DNA of 64,000 nucleotides, from IMG/VR virus record IMGVR_UViG_3300030060_002342, positions 4,416-68,415 of that record; one strand, 5' to 3'. The position numbers and the translations under genes were made by a program. The DNA is from a virus. Position 1 is the stretch's first letter. Each line of letters begins with the position of its first letter. Of the stretch, positions 27,827-37,402 are shown piece after piece. The notes under the pieces are model-generated. The model was not told the DNA's origin and searched no databases. It saw only the letters and a program-made list of their open reading frames with translations.

Positions 27827-28353
27827 ATATATTTTATTTAGATAAATGCCCAGTTAAAGCTGCGCAGTTACAATATAATAAACATGTAGTGAAAATGATA
27901 CTCGAGTCAGCCCAGATGCTGTGTACTGCTCATCACTGTTACGGTGATAGAGATCAGAAAGAGAACGTCCCATATAAGCAAGCGCACTTGAACCACCCAT
28001 CTACGATATGGGCTAGACAGTCAAGATCAACTTATATGTGGTTGTATGAGCATATGCTAGCTCTGGGCCACGAGTACACAAAACGATATGGTAAAACACA
28101 TTTAACAATAACTAAATGCAAAGACTTTTTGGCTAAACCGCCAGTGCATATACAAGGTGATGAGTTTACTCAACCACCACAAGCTATGCCCGAAGAGTTT
28201 AAGCGTGCTTGTGCTATACACGCGTATTGGCTATACTATGTATACGATAAAAAACATATAGCGCATAACAAAGAAAAATTATATGATAGTAGATTTATTC
28301 AAAATAATTTTGGTTACTGCGACGATTTATCATGCAGAACCGCAACAAACTGA
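27823..28353 (+). CDS. Pyrimidine-dimer DNA glycosylase (DenV-like)
   Basis: MNIFYLD, KHVVKMILESAQML, HLNHPSTIW, EYTKRYGKTH, PPQAMP. Confidence 0.8.
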   Translation: MNIFYLDKCPVKAAQLQYNKHVVKMILESAQMLCTAHHCYGDRDQKENVPYKQAHLNHPSTIWARQSRSTYMWLYEHMLALGHEYTKRYGKTHLTITKCKDFLAKPPVHIQGDEFTQPPQAMPEEFKRACAIHAYWLYYVYDKKHIAHNKEKLYDSRFIQNNFGYCDDLSCRTATN

Positions 28354-28624
28354 TGATACACCTTATATAACTGCCTCAGGCATGTATATAAACCCTGATT
28401 GTCCTCAGTGCCACAGATGGATAGCTGTATCAAGAGATCTTGAAGAGCTTGGTTTTGTTTTTGGTGCTGAAGTAAGAGTTTCAGGTACAGGTTACCTAGA
28501 TGGTATATGGACTGTACAAGACAGAATGAACTCAAGATGGACAAACCGCATTGATTTCTTGGTAAACCAAGATATTTCAGGTGGTAAATGGGAAAACATC
28601 AAAATAGAATTATTGTCATACTGA
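28283..28624 (+). CDS. 3D-domain (MltA-like) peptidoglycan-active protein
   Basis: TATIY..QTDDTPYITASG, IAVSRDL, VQDRM..RIDF. Confidence 0.75.
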   Translation: MIVDLFKIILVTATIYHAEPQQTDDTPYITASGMYINPDCPQCHRWIAVSRDLEELGFVFGAEVRVSGTGYLDGIWTVQDRMNSRWTNRIDFLVNQDISGGKWENIKIELLSY

Positions 28625-28665
28625 CAATAGGTTATAAGATATAATTAGTAATAGGCAAATGTCAC
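28622..28665. repeat. 44-bp imperfect palindrome, copy 2, overlapping the start codon at 28659
   Basis: TGACAATAGGTTATAAGATATAATTAGTAATAGGCAAATGTCAC; extra half-site TATTGTCA at 28611-28618. Confidence 0.85.
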
Positions 28666-29294
28666 AAGATAGAAACTTAAAATGGTTAAATGATAGACGC
28701 ATCGTATATAGGAGAGATCCTATAAATGATGTGCCTACCATTGAAACCAAACAATATAAATACTACGAAAATGGTACACATGAATGTTATCACTTGTTTA
28801 ATAGCAAGGCTAAGATAACTACATATAAATCATTGAAGTGGCACATGCTTGTATTATATTACTTAAATATAGATGGCGTAGAAAATGATTATATATCTTT
28901 AGAAGATGATATGCGTTCTGTATTTAACTTTATAGCAAACAAAGAAAATGGTTTTGTAACCTTCTTCATAAAACAGAAAGTATTAAATGATATGATAGAA
29001 GATGTATTTAACCAAGGTGGTGATCCACCTGCAAACAAGCTACGTAAAGTAGTATTTAAACCGTACTCTGGGTTAGACTTGAGTGGTAAATTAAAAATTG
29101 TAGGCCAACTAATAGGCAGATCTAGCATTGATAAGTTTATGATATACGATGCTATGATTGAAATAAGCGATGCTTATAGAAAAATTACTATTAGCAGAAT
29201 AGCTAAGCTTTTAAGATGCTCTGCAAGAACAATACATCGCCATATGAGTGATGATTTAAAACGAGAAAAACGAATATTAAATGAAAAGTTATAA
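28659..29294 (+). CDS. HTH DNA-binding protein, possible replication initiator/regulator
   Basis: C-terminal ITISRIAKLLRCSARTIHRHM helix-turn-helix. Confidence 0.6.
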   Translation: MSQDRNLKWLNDRRIVYRRDPINDVPTIETKQYKYYENGTHECYHLFNSKAKITTYKSLKWHMLVLYYLNIDGVENDYISLEDDMRSVFNFIANKENGFVTFFIKQKVLNDMIEDVFNQGGDPPANKLRKVVFKPYSGLDLSGKLKIVGQLIGRSSIDKFMIYDAMIEISDAYRKITISRIAKLLRCSARTIHRHMSDDLKREKRILNEKL

Positions 29295-30048
29295 CATACA
29301 AAATTATATTCGGTGGAAAAAAGACATTGAATATAAAATTAGCAAGTTACCAAAAATAGTAGACAATGATTATACTGTTTGGAACAGAGAGCAGATGATT
29401 ATTGGTTTTACTCCTCTTGTAGAAAATTTATCAAGGAAGTTCTCAACTAGCCAACAAGCTAGCGGAGTAATGGATATACTAGATTTAATACAAGAAGGTA
29501 ATTCAGGTTTAGTTAAAGCTGTAGATAGGTTAGACTATACTACACTTTCTGACTCTGACGATCAAGAAAAAACTTTAAAATCATTTTTATCTAAAAGAAT
29601 AAAAGGCCACATACGTAGAGCTGTAGATATTAATCGTGGTGACATGAGAATACCTGAACACAAGCTAAATGAAATACGTAGGAACTTTGGTAAAGATAAA
29701 AAGATGGTTGAAATGTTTTTTAATTCTATATTTTTAAGTATAGATGATAAACCTAAAGATGACGAAAATATGGTTTATCAAATACCTGATAAATCAGAAC
29801 CTTATAATATGAATTTACTAAATATATATTTAAAAGGTTTGATGAGAAAATACCTCAATGAAAAAGAATACGAGGTACTTAGGTTAAGCTATGGCTTGGA
29901 CTGTGATAAACACCCTGCGAAGCAAATTGCTGACATATTAAAGATTGAAGGCACTAGCTCTTATGTACGTGTTTCACAACTAAAAAGGCAAGCTGTAGAA
30001 AAACTTATAGAGAATGTCGATCACTCGCAAGTGCTTGATTATCTTTAA
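29281..30048 (+). CDS. Sigma-70 family RNA polymerase sigma factor
   Basis: Region 2 DLIQEGNSGLVKAVDRLD, MRIPEH, and region 4 LNEKEYEVLRLSYGL...VRVSQLKRQAVEKL. Confidence 0.9.
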   Translation: MKSYNIQNYIRWKKDIEYKISKLPKIVDNDYTVWNREQMIIGFTPLVENLSRKFSTSQQASGVMDILDLIQEGNSGLVKAVDRLDYTTLSDSDDQEKTLKSFLSKRIKGHIRRAVDINRGDMRIPEHKLNEIRRNFGKDKKMVEMFFNSIFLSIDDKPKDDENMVYQIPDKSEPYNMNLLNIYLKGLMRKYLNEKEYEVLRLSYGLDCDKHPAKQIADILKIEGTSSYVRVSQLKRQAVEKLIENVDHSQVLDYL

Positions 30049-30086
30049 GTTATGGAGTGAACTATATGTTAAATTGTGTTCACTAA

Positions 30087-30098
30087 TATGTAATTATA
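30087..30098 (+). promoter_or_regulatory. Class II promoter-like motif TATGTAATTATA
   Basis: Intergenic, upstream of the recombination/replication operon. Confidence 0.55.
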
Positions 30099-30120
30099 AT
30101 AAAGACTAAAATTAAATTAT

Positions 30121-30636
30121 ATGACTTTACAACAAAAGCTGGCGCAAGTCCAGACTGAGTTTAAATCTAAAAAATCTAGATTTAATTCCTTCGGCAAATA
30201 TTATTTCCGATCAGCCGAAGACATCTTAGAAGCAATCAAACCGTTTTTATTGAAGTACGGTATTACCGTAACTGTTGACGAAGAATTAATCGTCGAAGGT
30301 CCTGTACCTGTGATTAAGACTACAGCAACTATACATGATGAGAAAGGCATGACAATGCAAACCTCAGCTATAGTAGGAGTAGACTTAAATCAGAAGGGTA
30401 TGCAAGTACCACAGCAGTTTGGTAGTGCAAGTTCATACGGTAAAAAATATGCTTTAGGAAATTTATTTTTAATAGATGATACTCAAGATTCTGATGCAAC
30501 TAATAAACACAATAAAGACAAACTACAGGATATTAATAAAGCTGTAGACTATGTTAAGTCTGGTGGTAAAATAGATGCGATCAAGAAAAAGTATCAGTTA
30601 ACACCTGAACAGGAAAAGCAATTAACAACGATATAA
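30121..30636 (+). CDS. erf: ERF-family single-strand annealing protein
   Basis: FNSFGKYYFRSAEDILEAIKP and GSASSYGKKYALGNLFLIDD..DSD. Confidence 0.9.
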   Translation: MTLQQKLAQVQTEFKSKKSRFNSFGKYYFRSAEDILEAIKPFLLKYGITVTVDEELIVEGPVPVIKTTATIHDEKGMTMQTSAIVGVDLNQKGMQVPQQFGSASSYGKKYALGNLFLIDDTQDSDATNKHNKDKLQDINKAVDYVKSGGKIDAIKKKYQLTPEQEKQLTTI

Positions 30637-31368
30637 ATGAAAAAGGAAAAAGTACTACAGAAGCTTCGTAATGATGAAGATTATTATGGAGAGTTTGGTA
30701 GGAAATATTTAAGCAACTCAGACATAGGTACATTACTTAAAAACCCTTTGGCTTTTGGTGAACCAAGCAAGCCATCGTCAGCGTTTCTAGTAGGTGGTTA
30801 TTTTCATACTGCAATACTTGAGCCAGATAAACTCAAGAAGTATAAGATAATACCCGCAACAACTAGAAATACTAAGGTTTATAAAGAAATGTCAGGCGGT
30901 GAGTTATGTTTATTACAACACGAAGTTGATATGATTGAGGCTATGGTCGATAAGATGATTAGCAACAACATATGCAACGGTATAATTAACAGCAAAGGTA
31001 ACGAGTTTGAAGTACCTGGTATATCAAAGCTTAATAAGTATATGTGGAAAGGTAAAGCAGATATTGTATGTCACGATGAACAACTTGTAGTTGATTTAAA
31101 AACTACGGCAGATATACATAAATTTAAAAGCTCTGCTTATCGTTACAATTACGACTCACAAGCTTATATATACAGAAAGCTATTTAATTATGATATGTTA
31201 TTCGTTGTAATAGATAAGACTACCCATCAAATAGGTATGTTTGACTGTTCGCCTGAGTTTTATGCATCAGGTAAAGATAAGGTTGATAGAGCAGAAGAAG
31301 CTTATGAGCTGTTCTATAAAACCAAGGACTTTAATCCAAAACAATATTTCATAAGCAAAACACTTTAA
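30637..31368 (+). CDS. PD-(D/E)XK exonuclease (Exo VIII/RecE-like)
   Basis: LSNSDI, GGYFHTAILEP, KGKADI, VVDLKTT, Y.YDSQAYIY. Confidence 0.85.
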   Translation: MKKEKVLQKLRNDEDYYGEFGRKYLSNSDIGTLLKNPLAFGEPSKPSSAFLVGGYFHTAILEPDKLKKYKIIPATTRNTKVYKEMSGGELCLLQHEVDMIEAMVDKMISNNICNGIINSKGNEFEVPGISKLNKYMWKGKADIVCHDEQLVVDLKTTADIHKFKSSAYRYNYDSQAYIYRKLFNYDMLFVVIDKTTHQIGMFDCSPEFYASGKDKVDRAEEAYELFYKTKDFNPKQYFISKTL

Positions 31369-31377
31369 TTTAATAAT

Positions 31378-31545
31378 ATGGCAAGAACAAGAAAAAGAAC
31401 TTGTGACGTCTCAGGCGTTACAACGAGTACCAATAACTTTTATGCAAATCAATCACACGTAAAAGCTGTTGATAATTTAAGAAGAGGCACAGGAGCTACA
31501 AAAGCTCAAATGTCTAGAATGTTTAACCAATTAAATACTTATTAA
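31378..31545 (+). CDS. Small hypothetical protein (55 aa, not in the ORF track)
   Basis: MARTRKRTCDVSG...QLNTY fills the gap exactly. Confidence 0.6.
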   Translation: MARTRKRTCDVSGVTTSTNNFYANQSHVKAVDNLRRGTGATKAQMSRMFNQLNTY

Positions 31546-31546
31546 T

Positions 31547-31861
31547 ATGGCGAGTATAATAGCTACAAGTATTGACCTTACTAAAATACCTAAAGATAAA
31601 ATTATCGAAGGTAAGAAAGGTAAATACTTACCAATTACTATTACACTTAACGACGAACTAGATCAGTTTGGTAACAACGGACCTGTTATCGTTCAACAAA
31701 CGAAAGAGGAAAGAGAAGCTAAGACTGAAAAGGTTTACCTCGGTAATGTGAAAGTAGTATGGACTAACGACAATAATGTTGGCGTTGCTCCAAGACAAGA
31801 TCAGCCAGCTCAAGCAGCACCAGTTGCAGCAGCTGCACCAGTAGATGATTTACCATTTTAA
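31547..31861 (+). CDS. Putative single-stranded DNA-binding protein
   Basis: 104 aa with Ala/Pro linker and acidic DDLPF C-terminus; adjacent to the helicase. Confidence 0.75.
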   Translation: MASIIATSIDLTKIPKDKIIEGKKGKYLPITITLNDELDQFGNNGPVIVQQTKEEREAKTEKVYLGNVKVVWTNDNNVGVAPRQDQPAQAAPVAAAAPVDDLPF

Positions 31862-31870
31862 ATATTATAG

Positions 31871-33595
31871 ATGCAAGTAGAAGAAAGAGAGATCAATGGA
31901 TTTAAGATTGACCAGTTCAATCAATATGGCCTAGAAGTGGGTAAGACACAGGGGATTTGTCCTCTGTGTTCTCACGACAGGAAACCCAAGAACCAGAAGC
32001 TTAAATGCTCTAGTTATGATTGGGAACGTGGTCTCGGTACTTGCCACAACTGTAATTCAACTTATCAGCTACATACTTACGAACGTAAGGGTACTAGCGA
32101 TCGTGAATACGTTCGCCCGAGTTTCTCTACAAAAACTCACAAAGCACCCAGTAGTAAAGTTGTAGAATGGTTTAAGTCAAGAGGAATATCTCAAGGTACT
32201 TTAGAGGATTTAAATGTCTCTGAAGGCCTTGAGTTTATGCCTCAAACTGGCAAGCAAGAGAACACGATAAAGTTTAATTACTTTATGGGTAACAAGCTTA
32301 TCAATATAAAATATAGAGACGGTGCTAAAAACTTTAAGTTATATAAAGGTGCTGAAAAAGTATTTTATAATATTAACAGTATTGTTAATCATGAAAGCTG
32401 TGTTATTGTAGAAGGTGAGATAGATGCTCTATCATTACACGAGGCAGGTGTGCCTAACGTAATATCTGTACCTAACGGTGCAACGTTAAATCACAACAAC
32501 CTAGATTATCTAGACAACTGTATAGATTACTTTGATGACAAAGAAAAAATTATACTAGCTGTCGATGCAGATGAACCTGGTCAAATGCTTAAACAAGAGT
32601 TTATACGTAGACTAGGTGCTGAAAACTGTTATATTGTAGATTTTCTAGACTGTAAAGATGCTAATGAATACTTGATCAAACATGGCAAAGAGGCTTTGGC
32701 CAGTGCTATACACGATGCTCAACAAGTTCCATTAGAAAATGTAACAACACTTAAAAACGTAGAAAATGACCTTAAAGACTTTGTTAAACACGGTTTTAAA
32801 CCGGGCTTCCAAGTTGGCCTCAAGAATTTTGACGAAATATTCAGCACTTATACTGGACAGTTTATTACTGTTACTGGTATTCCTAGTAGTGGCAAATCTG
32901 ATTTTGTCGATCAAATGGTTGTAGGTTATAACAAGATGTATGGTTGGAAGACTGCATTTGCTAGTCCTGAAAACCAGCCAATATATCTACATACTCACAA
33001 GTTAATGCGTAAGTGTTGGGGTGATATGCCATCTCCACACGACATAGGTGGTGGTAAGTGGAATCAAGTAGCAGATCATGTAAATGATAACTTTTATTTC
33101 ATTGATATGGATAAATATAGTTTAGAGTCAGTACTACGTAAAGGCGCTGAGCTAGTTAAACGTAAAGGTATTAAATGCCTGGTTATAGATCCGTATAACA
33201 AAGTAAGAGATACAAACGCGGTGTCAGATGATGTCAACAGATATACTATGGATTATCTATCTAAGATAGAATCGTTTTGTAAAAAGTATGATGTTTTAAC
33301 ATTTATAGTAGCTCATCCGACTAAGATGCCAAGAGAAAACGGTAAGATGGTAGAACCTAATATGTATAACATAAAGGGTGGTGGCGAATGGTATGATGCA
33401 AGTTATCACGGTTTACTAGTACACAGAGATTATGAAGCTAAAAATACTAAAGTAAAAGTATTAAAAGTTAAGTTTCAAAACCTAGGTGAAAACGGTGCCG
33501 AAGCATTTTTCACATGGGAACCTAAGTCAGGTTCTTTTGTACCGCAAGTTAATGTATTAGACGAAAAGAATGACAGCGGCCTTCCGTGGGAATAA
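31871..33595 (+). CDS. Primase-helicase (T7 gp4/Twinkle-like)
   Basis: Zn finger CPLC..CHNC, TOPRIM VEGEIDAL and DADEPG, Walker A GIPSSGKS, VIDPYN, VAHPTK. Confidence 0.93.
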   Translation: MQVEEREINGFKIDQFNQYGLEVGKTQGICPLCSHDRKPKNQKLKCSSYDWERGLGTCHNCNSTYQLHTYERKGTSDREYVRPSFSTKTHKAPSSKVVEWFKSRGISQGTLEDLNVSEGLEFMPQTGKQENTIKFNYFMGNKLINIKYRDGAKNFKLYKGAEKVFYNINSIVNHESCVIVEGEIDALSLHEAGVPNVISVPNGATLNHNNLDYLDNCIDYFDDKEKIILAVDADEPGQMLKQEFIRRLGAENCYIVDFLDCKDANEYLIKHGKEALASAIHDAQQVPLENVTTLKNVENDLKDFVKHGFKPGFQVGLKNFDEIFSTYTGQFITVTGIPSSGKSDFVDQMVVGYNKMYGWKTAFASPENQPIYLHTHKLMRKCWGDMPSPHDIGGGKWNQVADHVNDNFYFIDMDKYSLESVLRKGAELVKRKGIKCLVIDPYNKVRDTNAVSDDVNRYTMDYLSKIESFCKKYDVLTFIVAHPTKMPRENGKMVEPNMYNIKGGGEWYDASYHGLLVHRDYEAKNTKVKVLKVKFQNLGENGAEAFFTWEPKSGSFVPQVNVLDEKNDSGLPWE

Positions 33596-33845
33596 AAAGT
33601 ATGGCATGGGTAGTTATACCCCTAGCACAGAAGAAATGAAAGCTAGCACATGGTGTCATAAAAACGATATATGTATAACTCCAAGAGCTATTAAATATGG
33701 CGAACGTATATGGGTTGTAGATATTGAAAAAGGTAAATACCCTAACCGAAGATTATTAGGTACGTCTGATCCTTACGGTCCGACTACAATATGGGAAAAG
33801 GTATTTGAATATAAATTATTTTATTATAAGAAGTATGCGAAATAA
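33570..33845 (+). CDS. Hypothetical protein
   Basis: ORF bridging the helicase and the TS-family gene. Confidence 0.6.
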   Translation: MTAAFRGNKKYGMGSYTPSTEEMKASTWCHKNDICITPRAIKYGERIWVVDIEKGKYPNRRLLGTSDPYGPTTIWEKVFEYKLFYYKKYAK

Positions 33846-34476
33846 ATTTTATAATGCTAACGAAGCTTTTAACTGTATATTACACGAGTTAAAAACAACA
33901 GGTATAGACTTTGATAATACTAAGGCTTTATTTAATGTAGGTTTTACATTAGAAAATCCATTAGATAATCATATACATAATAAGTTTAGAGACTGGAAAT
34001 ATGAATATGCAGAAGCTGAATGGCAATGGTATTTATCAGGTGACAATAGCATATCAAAGCTAGGGTCTATATATGGTAAGATACCACCAATATGGGTAAA
34101 AATGGCTAATCGCAAAGGTTGTGTAAATAGTAATTATGGTTGGCAATGGCAACGTGAAAATCAATTAGAATACGTTATCAAAAAGCTAAGAAAAAACAAA
34201 GATACTAGACACGCAGCGATTAGTATATACGATTGTAAAGAGCATGACCAATACAAGAAAGATACCCCTTGTACTTATGCTGTTCAATTTACAATTATTG
34301 ATGATAAACTAAATATGTCTGTTTATATGCGTTCTAACGACATCTGGTACGGTTTCTGTAATGATCAATACTGTTTTAGTATGTTACAAAAATTAGTTGC
34401 AGAGAGACTGTCTATTGACGTCGGATGGTATTACCATCACGCACACAACATGCATTTATATAATGATAAATTATGA
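33835..34476 (+). CDS. Thymidylate-synthase-family dCMP hydroxymethylase (T4 gp42-like)
   Basis: PPIW..MA, VNSNYGW, DTPCT..VQF, and MRSNDIWYGFCND with Asp at the position where dUMP-specific ThyA has Asn. Confidence 0.75.
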   Translation: MRNKFYNANEAFNCILHELKTTGIDFDNTKALFNVGFTLENPLDNHIHNKFRDWKYEYAEAEWQWYLSGDNSISKLGSIYGKIPPIWVKMANRKGCVNSNYGWQWQRENQLEYVIKKLRKNKDTRHAAISIYDCKEHDQYKKDTPCTYAVQFTIIDDKLNMSVYMRSNDIWYGFCNDQYCFSMLQKLVAERLSIDVGWYYHHAHNMHLYNDKL

Positions 34477-35264
34477 CGTATTATATTTATCATATTCCTG
34501 GTAAAAAAATCGGTGTTACCTGTGATCTTAATAACCGGGTCACAGTTCAGCAAGGTTATGGGCCAGATGAATATGAAGTACTAGAAACCTCTGAAGATGT
34601 TGATTATGTATCAGCAAAAGAGAGGACATTACAAAGAGAATATGGTTACCGTGTAGATATGGTGCCATATAAAAACCTTAAACCAAAATCAAATATGAAT
34701 ATAAATATAACTGAACAGACTACAACGTTTCCATGTCCAGTGGATAAATTAAAAGGTCAATTGTTCGATAACATAGGTATGAAATGGAAAACTGATCACG
34801 GTCAGTTAGATATAACACCTAAGACTATTGGCTGGATAATGAAAAACGTTAAAACTTCTATGTTTAATACAGAAAGAAGTTATGTATACAATAAAGCATT
34901 TGCAAGGTTTTACGACAACAATGATGTGTTTGCAGAACCAACTCCAGTTAAATGCTCTAAGAAACCTTTAAAAATGTTTGAGAACATTAGACAATGGGCT
35001 GATGAAAGAGGCTTATACGATAAGGGTGATACAAAAACTCAATTAATCAAACTACAAGAAGAAATGGGTGAGCTAGCTAAAGCTACACTAGAAAAAGACC
35101 AAGCAGAAGTAATTGATGCTATTGGTGATATGGTTGTAGTATTAACTAACCTAGCACATTTAAACAACGTGAACATAGAAACGTGTATAGCAGAAGCATA
35201 CAACGTAATATCGAAACGAACTGGTAAAATGGTTAATGGAACATTTGTCAAAGATGCAGATTAA
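34473..35264 (+). CDS. GIY-YIG-like N-terminal domain fused to MazG-like dNTP pyrophosphohydrolase
   Basis: YYIYHIPGKKIGVT..L..R at the N-terminus; KLQEEMGELA...DAIGDMVVVL at the C-terminus. Confidence 0.75.
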   Translation: MTYYIYHIPGKKIGVTCDLNNRVTVQQGYGPDEYEVLETSEDVDYVSAKERTLQREYGYRVDMVPYKNLKPKSNMNINITEQTTTFPCPVDKLKGQLFDNIGMKWKTDHGQLDITPKTIGWIMKNVKTSMFNTERSYVYNKAFARFYDNNDVFAEPTPVKCSKKPLKMFENIRQWADERGLYDKGDTKTQLIKLQEEMGELAKATLEKDQAEVIDAIGDMVVVLTNLAHLNNVNIETCIAEAYNVISKRTGKMVNGTFVKDAD

Positions 35265-35478
35265 AACAGAAGATAAGGTAGTACGATCAGTACTAAGGAA
35301 GATGGACGAACGTAGCTTAATTGGCCAAGCCAAGTATGGAGCTATGATGCATGAAGAAATAGAAGGTAAAGATAAAAATCTTCTAGACTTCTTAAATGAT
35401 GTACAAGAAGAGATAATGGATGCGTTGTTGTATATCGAAGCTGCTAAAAGATGTATTGAAGATGAGAAGAAAGGTTAG
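35254..35478 (+). CDS. Small all-alpha NTP-pyrophosphatase-like protein
   Basis: ERSLIGQAKYG...QEEIMDALLY. Confidence 0.55.
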   Translation: MQIKTEDKVVRSVLRKMDERSLIGQAKYGAMMHEEIEGKDKNLLDFLNDVQEEIMDALLYIEAAKRCIEDEKKG

Positions 35479-35908
35479 AAGAAAAAAACGAGGTCCTGTT
35501 GTCAGTAAGAAAACTACTGTTGACGGGATTAAGTTTGCAAGCGGATTAGAAGCATATATGTATAAAGCATTAAAGCAGGCTAAAATACCTGCAGCTTACG
35601 AAGGTAGCACATATACTATATTTCAAGGCTTTGATTTAACAAAGACTTGTATTGAAAGATGTGCTAACGGAAAAGGCGAGTATAAAGATAGAGGTAATAA
35701 AAAGATATTACCAATAAAATATACTCCAGACTTTATAGGAAAAGGTTTTATAATAGAGTGTAAAGGTAGAGCTAACGAATCATTTCCAATGCGTTGGAAG
35801 TTATTTAAACATTATGCAGAGCATAACTTAAACTCTACACTTTATAAACCTCAAAATCAAAGAGAGTGTGACAGAACTGTAGAATTAATTTTAAAAGATA
35901 ATGGCTAG
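35462..35908 (+). CDS. T7 endonuclease I-like Holliday junction resolvase
   Basis: FASGLE, YTPDF, IIECKG. Confidence 0.8.
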   Translation: MRRKVRRKKRGPVVSKKTTVDGIKFASGLEAYMYKALKQAKIPAAYEGSTYTIFQGFDLTKTCIERCANGKGEYKDRGNKKILPIKYTPDFIGKGFIIECKGRANESFPMRWKLFKHYAEHNLNSTLYKPQNQRECDRTVELILKDNG

Positions 35909-36041
35909 AAAAATAAACTTAGTAGCATATAGAAAACAAGCTAAAAAGAAAAGGCCTGGAGTACATTCTAAAAACAGACACACAAAACAAAAATCAGGCA
36001 AGTACTATAATGGTACTGCCTACAGAGGACAAGGTAGATAA
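35901..36041 (+). CDS. Small basic protein ending YRGQGR (46 aa, not in the ORF track)
   Basis: MARKINL...KKRPGVHSK...YRGQGR. Confidence 0.6.
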   Translation: MARKINLVAYRKQAKKKRPGVHSKNRHTKQKSGKYYNGTAYRGQGR

Positions 36042-36042
36042 T

Positions 36043-36183
36043 ATGAAAAAATGGGAATTAAGTTTTGGCCTTTTTGAAGGCTTACTGTTTGGGTATAGAA
36101 ATTATCCAGACCAAGAGAACTCAAAGATAGATCACGTATTTTACGTGTTTGTTTTTGATATTTGTTTAACTTTTTATTATTAA
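36043..36183 (+). CDS. Small hydrophobic protein (46 aa, not in the ORF track)
   Basis: MKKWELSFGLFEGLLFGYR... fills the gap before nrdB. Confidence 0.55.
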   Translation: MKKWELSFGLFEGLLFGYRNYPDQENSKIDHVFYVFVFDICLTFYY

Positions 36184-36187
36184 AAAA

Positions 36188-37159
36188 ATGGGATTATTTG
36201 ATGAACGTATACCTTACAAACCTTTTGAGTACCCTGAGTATTACACAGACGGTTGGCTAAAACAAGCTCAAGCGTTTTGGTTACACACAGAGATACCAAT
36301 GAGTGGTGATGTAAAGGACTGGAACGAAAAACTAACAAAGTCAGAGAAAAACTTAGTAGGTAATATACTATTAGGGTTCGCACAAACTGAGTGTGCAGTA
36401 TCTGATTATTGGACTCAGAAAGTCGTATCATGGTTTCCAAAACATGAGATACAGCAAATGGCTATGATGTTCGGCTCACAAGAAACAATACACGCTGTAG
36501 CTTATAGTTATTTAAATGAAACACTGGGACTTGAAGACTTTGAAGCGTTTTTACATGAGCCAGCTACGGCTGAGCGTTTTGATAATCTCGTTTCATATAG
36601 TGGCTCCGATCCTGTTGAGATCGGTAGATCACTGGCTATTTTTTCTGCTTTCGCAGAAGGAGTATCTTTATATTCTGCTTTTGCAGTACTTTACAGCTTT
36701 CAGCTACGTAATTTACTCAAGGGTATTGGCCAACAAATGAAATGGTCAGTAAGAGATGAATCATTGCATAGTAAAATGGGTTGCCAATTATATAGACACA
36801 TGTGTCAAGAAAAAGACTTTTTAAAAGAGACTTGCAAACCACACATTGTTGAAGCTGCTCATGTTATGCACGATGCTGAAATGAACTATATTGATAAGAT
36901 GTTTGAGATGGGAGATATAGAAGGTTTAAAAGCATATGATCTTAAACAGTTTATAAAGAAAAGATTAAATGAAAAGCTTGAAGAGCTTGGATATAAAGAA
37001 CTTTCAAAAGAGTTTAAATACGACAAAGAAGCAGCAAAAAATCTAGACTGGTTTTATCATCTTACAGGTGGTCATACACATACAGACTTTTTTGCTATTA
37101 GACCAACTGATTATTCTAAAGCCAACGAAGGAGAGGATTTTGAAGATATATGGGAATAA
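36188..37159 (+). CDS. nrdB: Ribonucleotide reductase class I beta subunit
   Basis: QAFW..EI, ETIH..AYS, EGVSLYSAF, RDESLH di-metal ligands, and DFF..RPTDY tail. Confidence 0.93.
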   Translation: MGLFDERIPYKPFEYPEYYTDGWLKQAQAFWLHTEIPMSGDVKDWNEKLTKSEKNLVGNILLGFAQTECAVSDYWTQKVVSWFPKHEIQQMAMMFGSQETIHAVAYSYLNETLGLEDFEAFLHEPATAERFDNLVSYSGSDPVEIGRSLAIFSAFAEGVSLYSAFAVLYSFQLRNLLKGIGQQMKWSVRDESLHSKMGCQLYRHMCQEKDFLKETCKPHIVEAAHVMHDAEMNYIDKMFEMGDIEGLKAYDLKQFIKKRLNEKLEELGYKELSKEFKYDKEAAKNLDWFYHLTGGHTHTDFFAIRPTDYSKANEGEDFEDIWE

Positions 37160-37161
37160 AA

Positions 37162-37401
37162 ATGAAGTATTTAAAACTTTTAGTAAGAAGTAAAAGATTA
37201 ACACCAGGTGAAAAACTAGCTAGTAGGATAGGTTATTTTGGTGCTGGCTGTTTATTATCAGCGCACTGGACGTTAGAACCTAAATTATATATAGCTGGTT
37301 TTTTATGCGTGTTAATACAAGTTGCGACAAGAAAGCAATGGAATTTAGTAGCGTTAAACATTAATGGTTTAATAGCTTGGACAAAACATTTAATAGGATA
37401 A
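37162..37401 (+). CDS. Small membrane protein between nrdB and nrdA
   Basis: Two to three hydrophobic segments. Confidence 0.6.
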   Translation: MKYLKLLVRSKRLTPGEKLASRIGYFGAGCLLSAHWTLEPKLYIAGFLCVLIQVATRKQWNLVALNINGLIAWTKHLIG

Positions 37402-37402
37402 C

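Noticed and set aside
33835-34476. Annotation as thyA
   Set aside because: The specificity residue is Asp and flanking motifs match dCMP-acting enzymes
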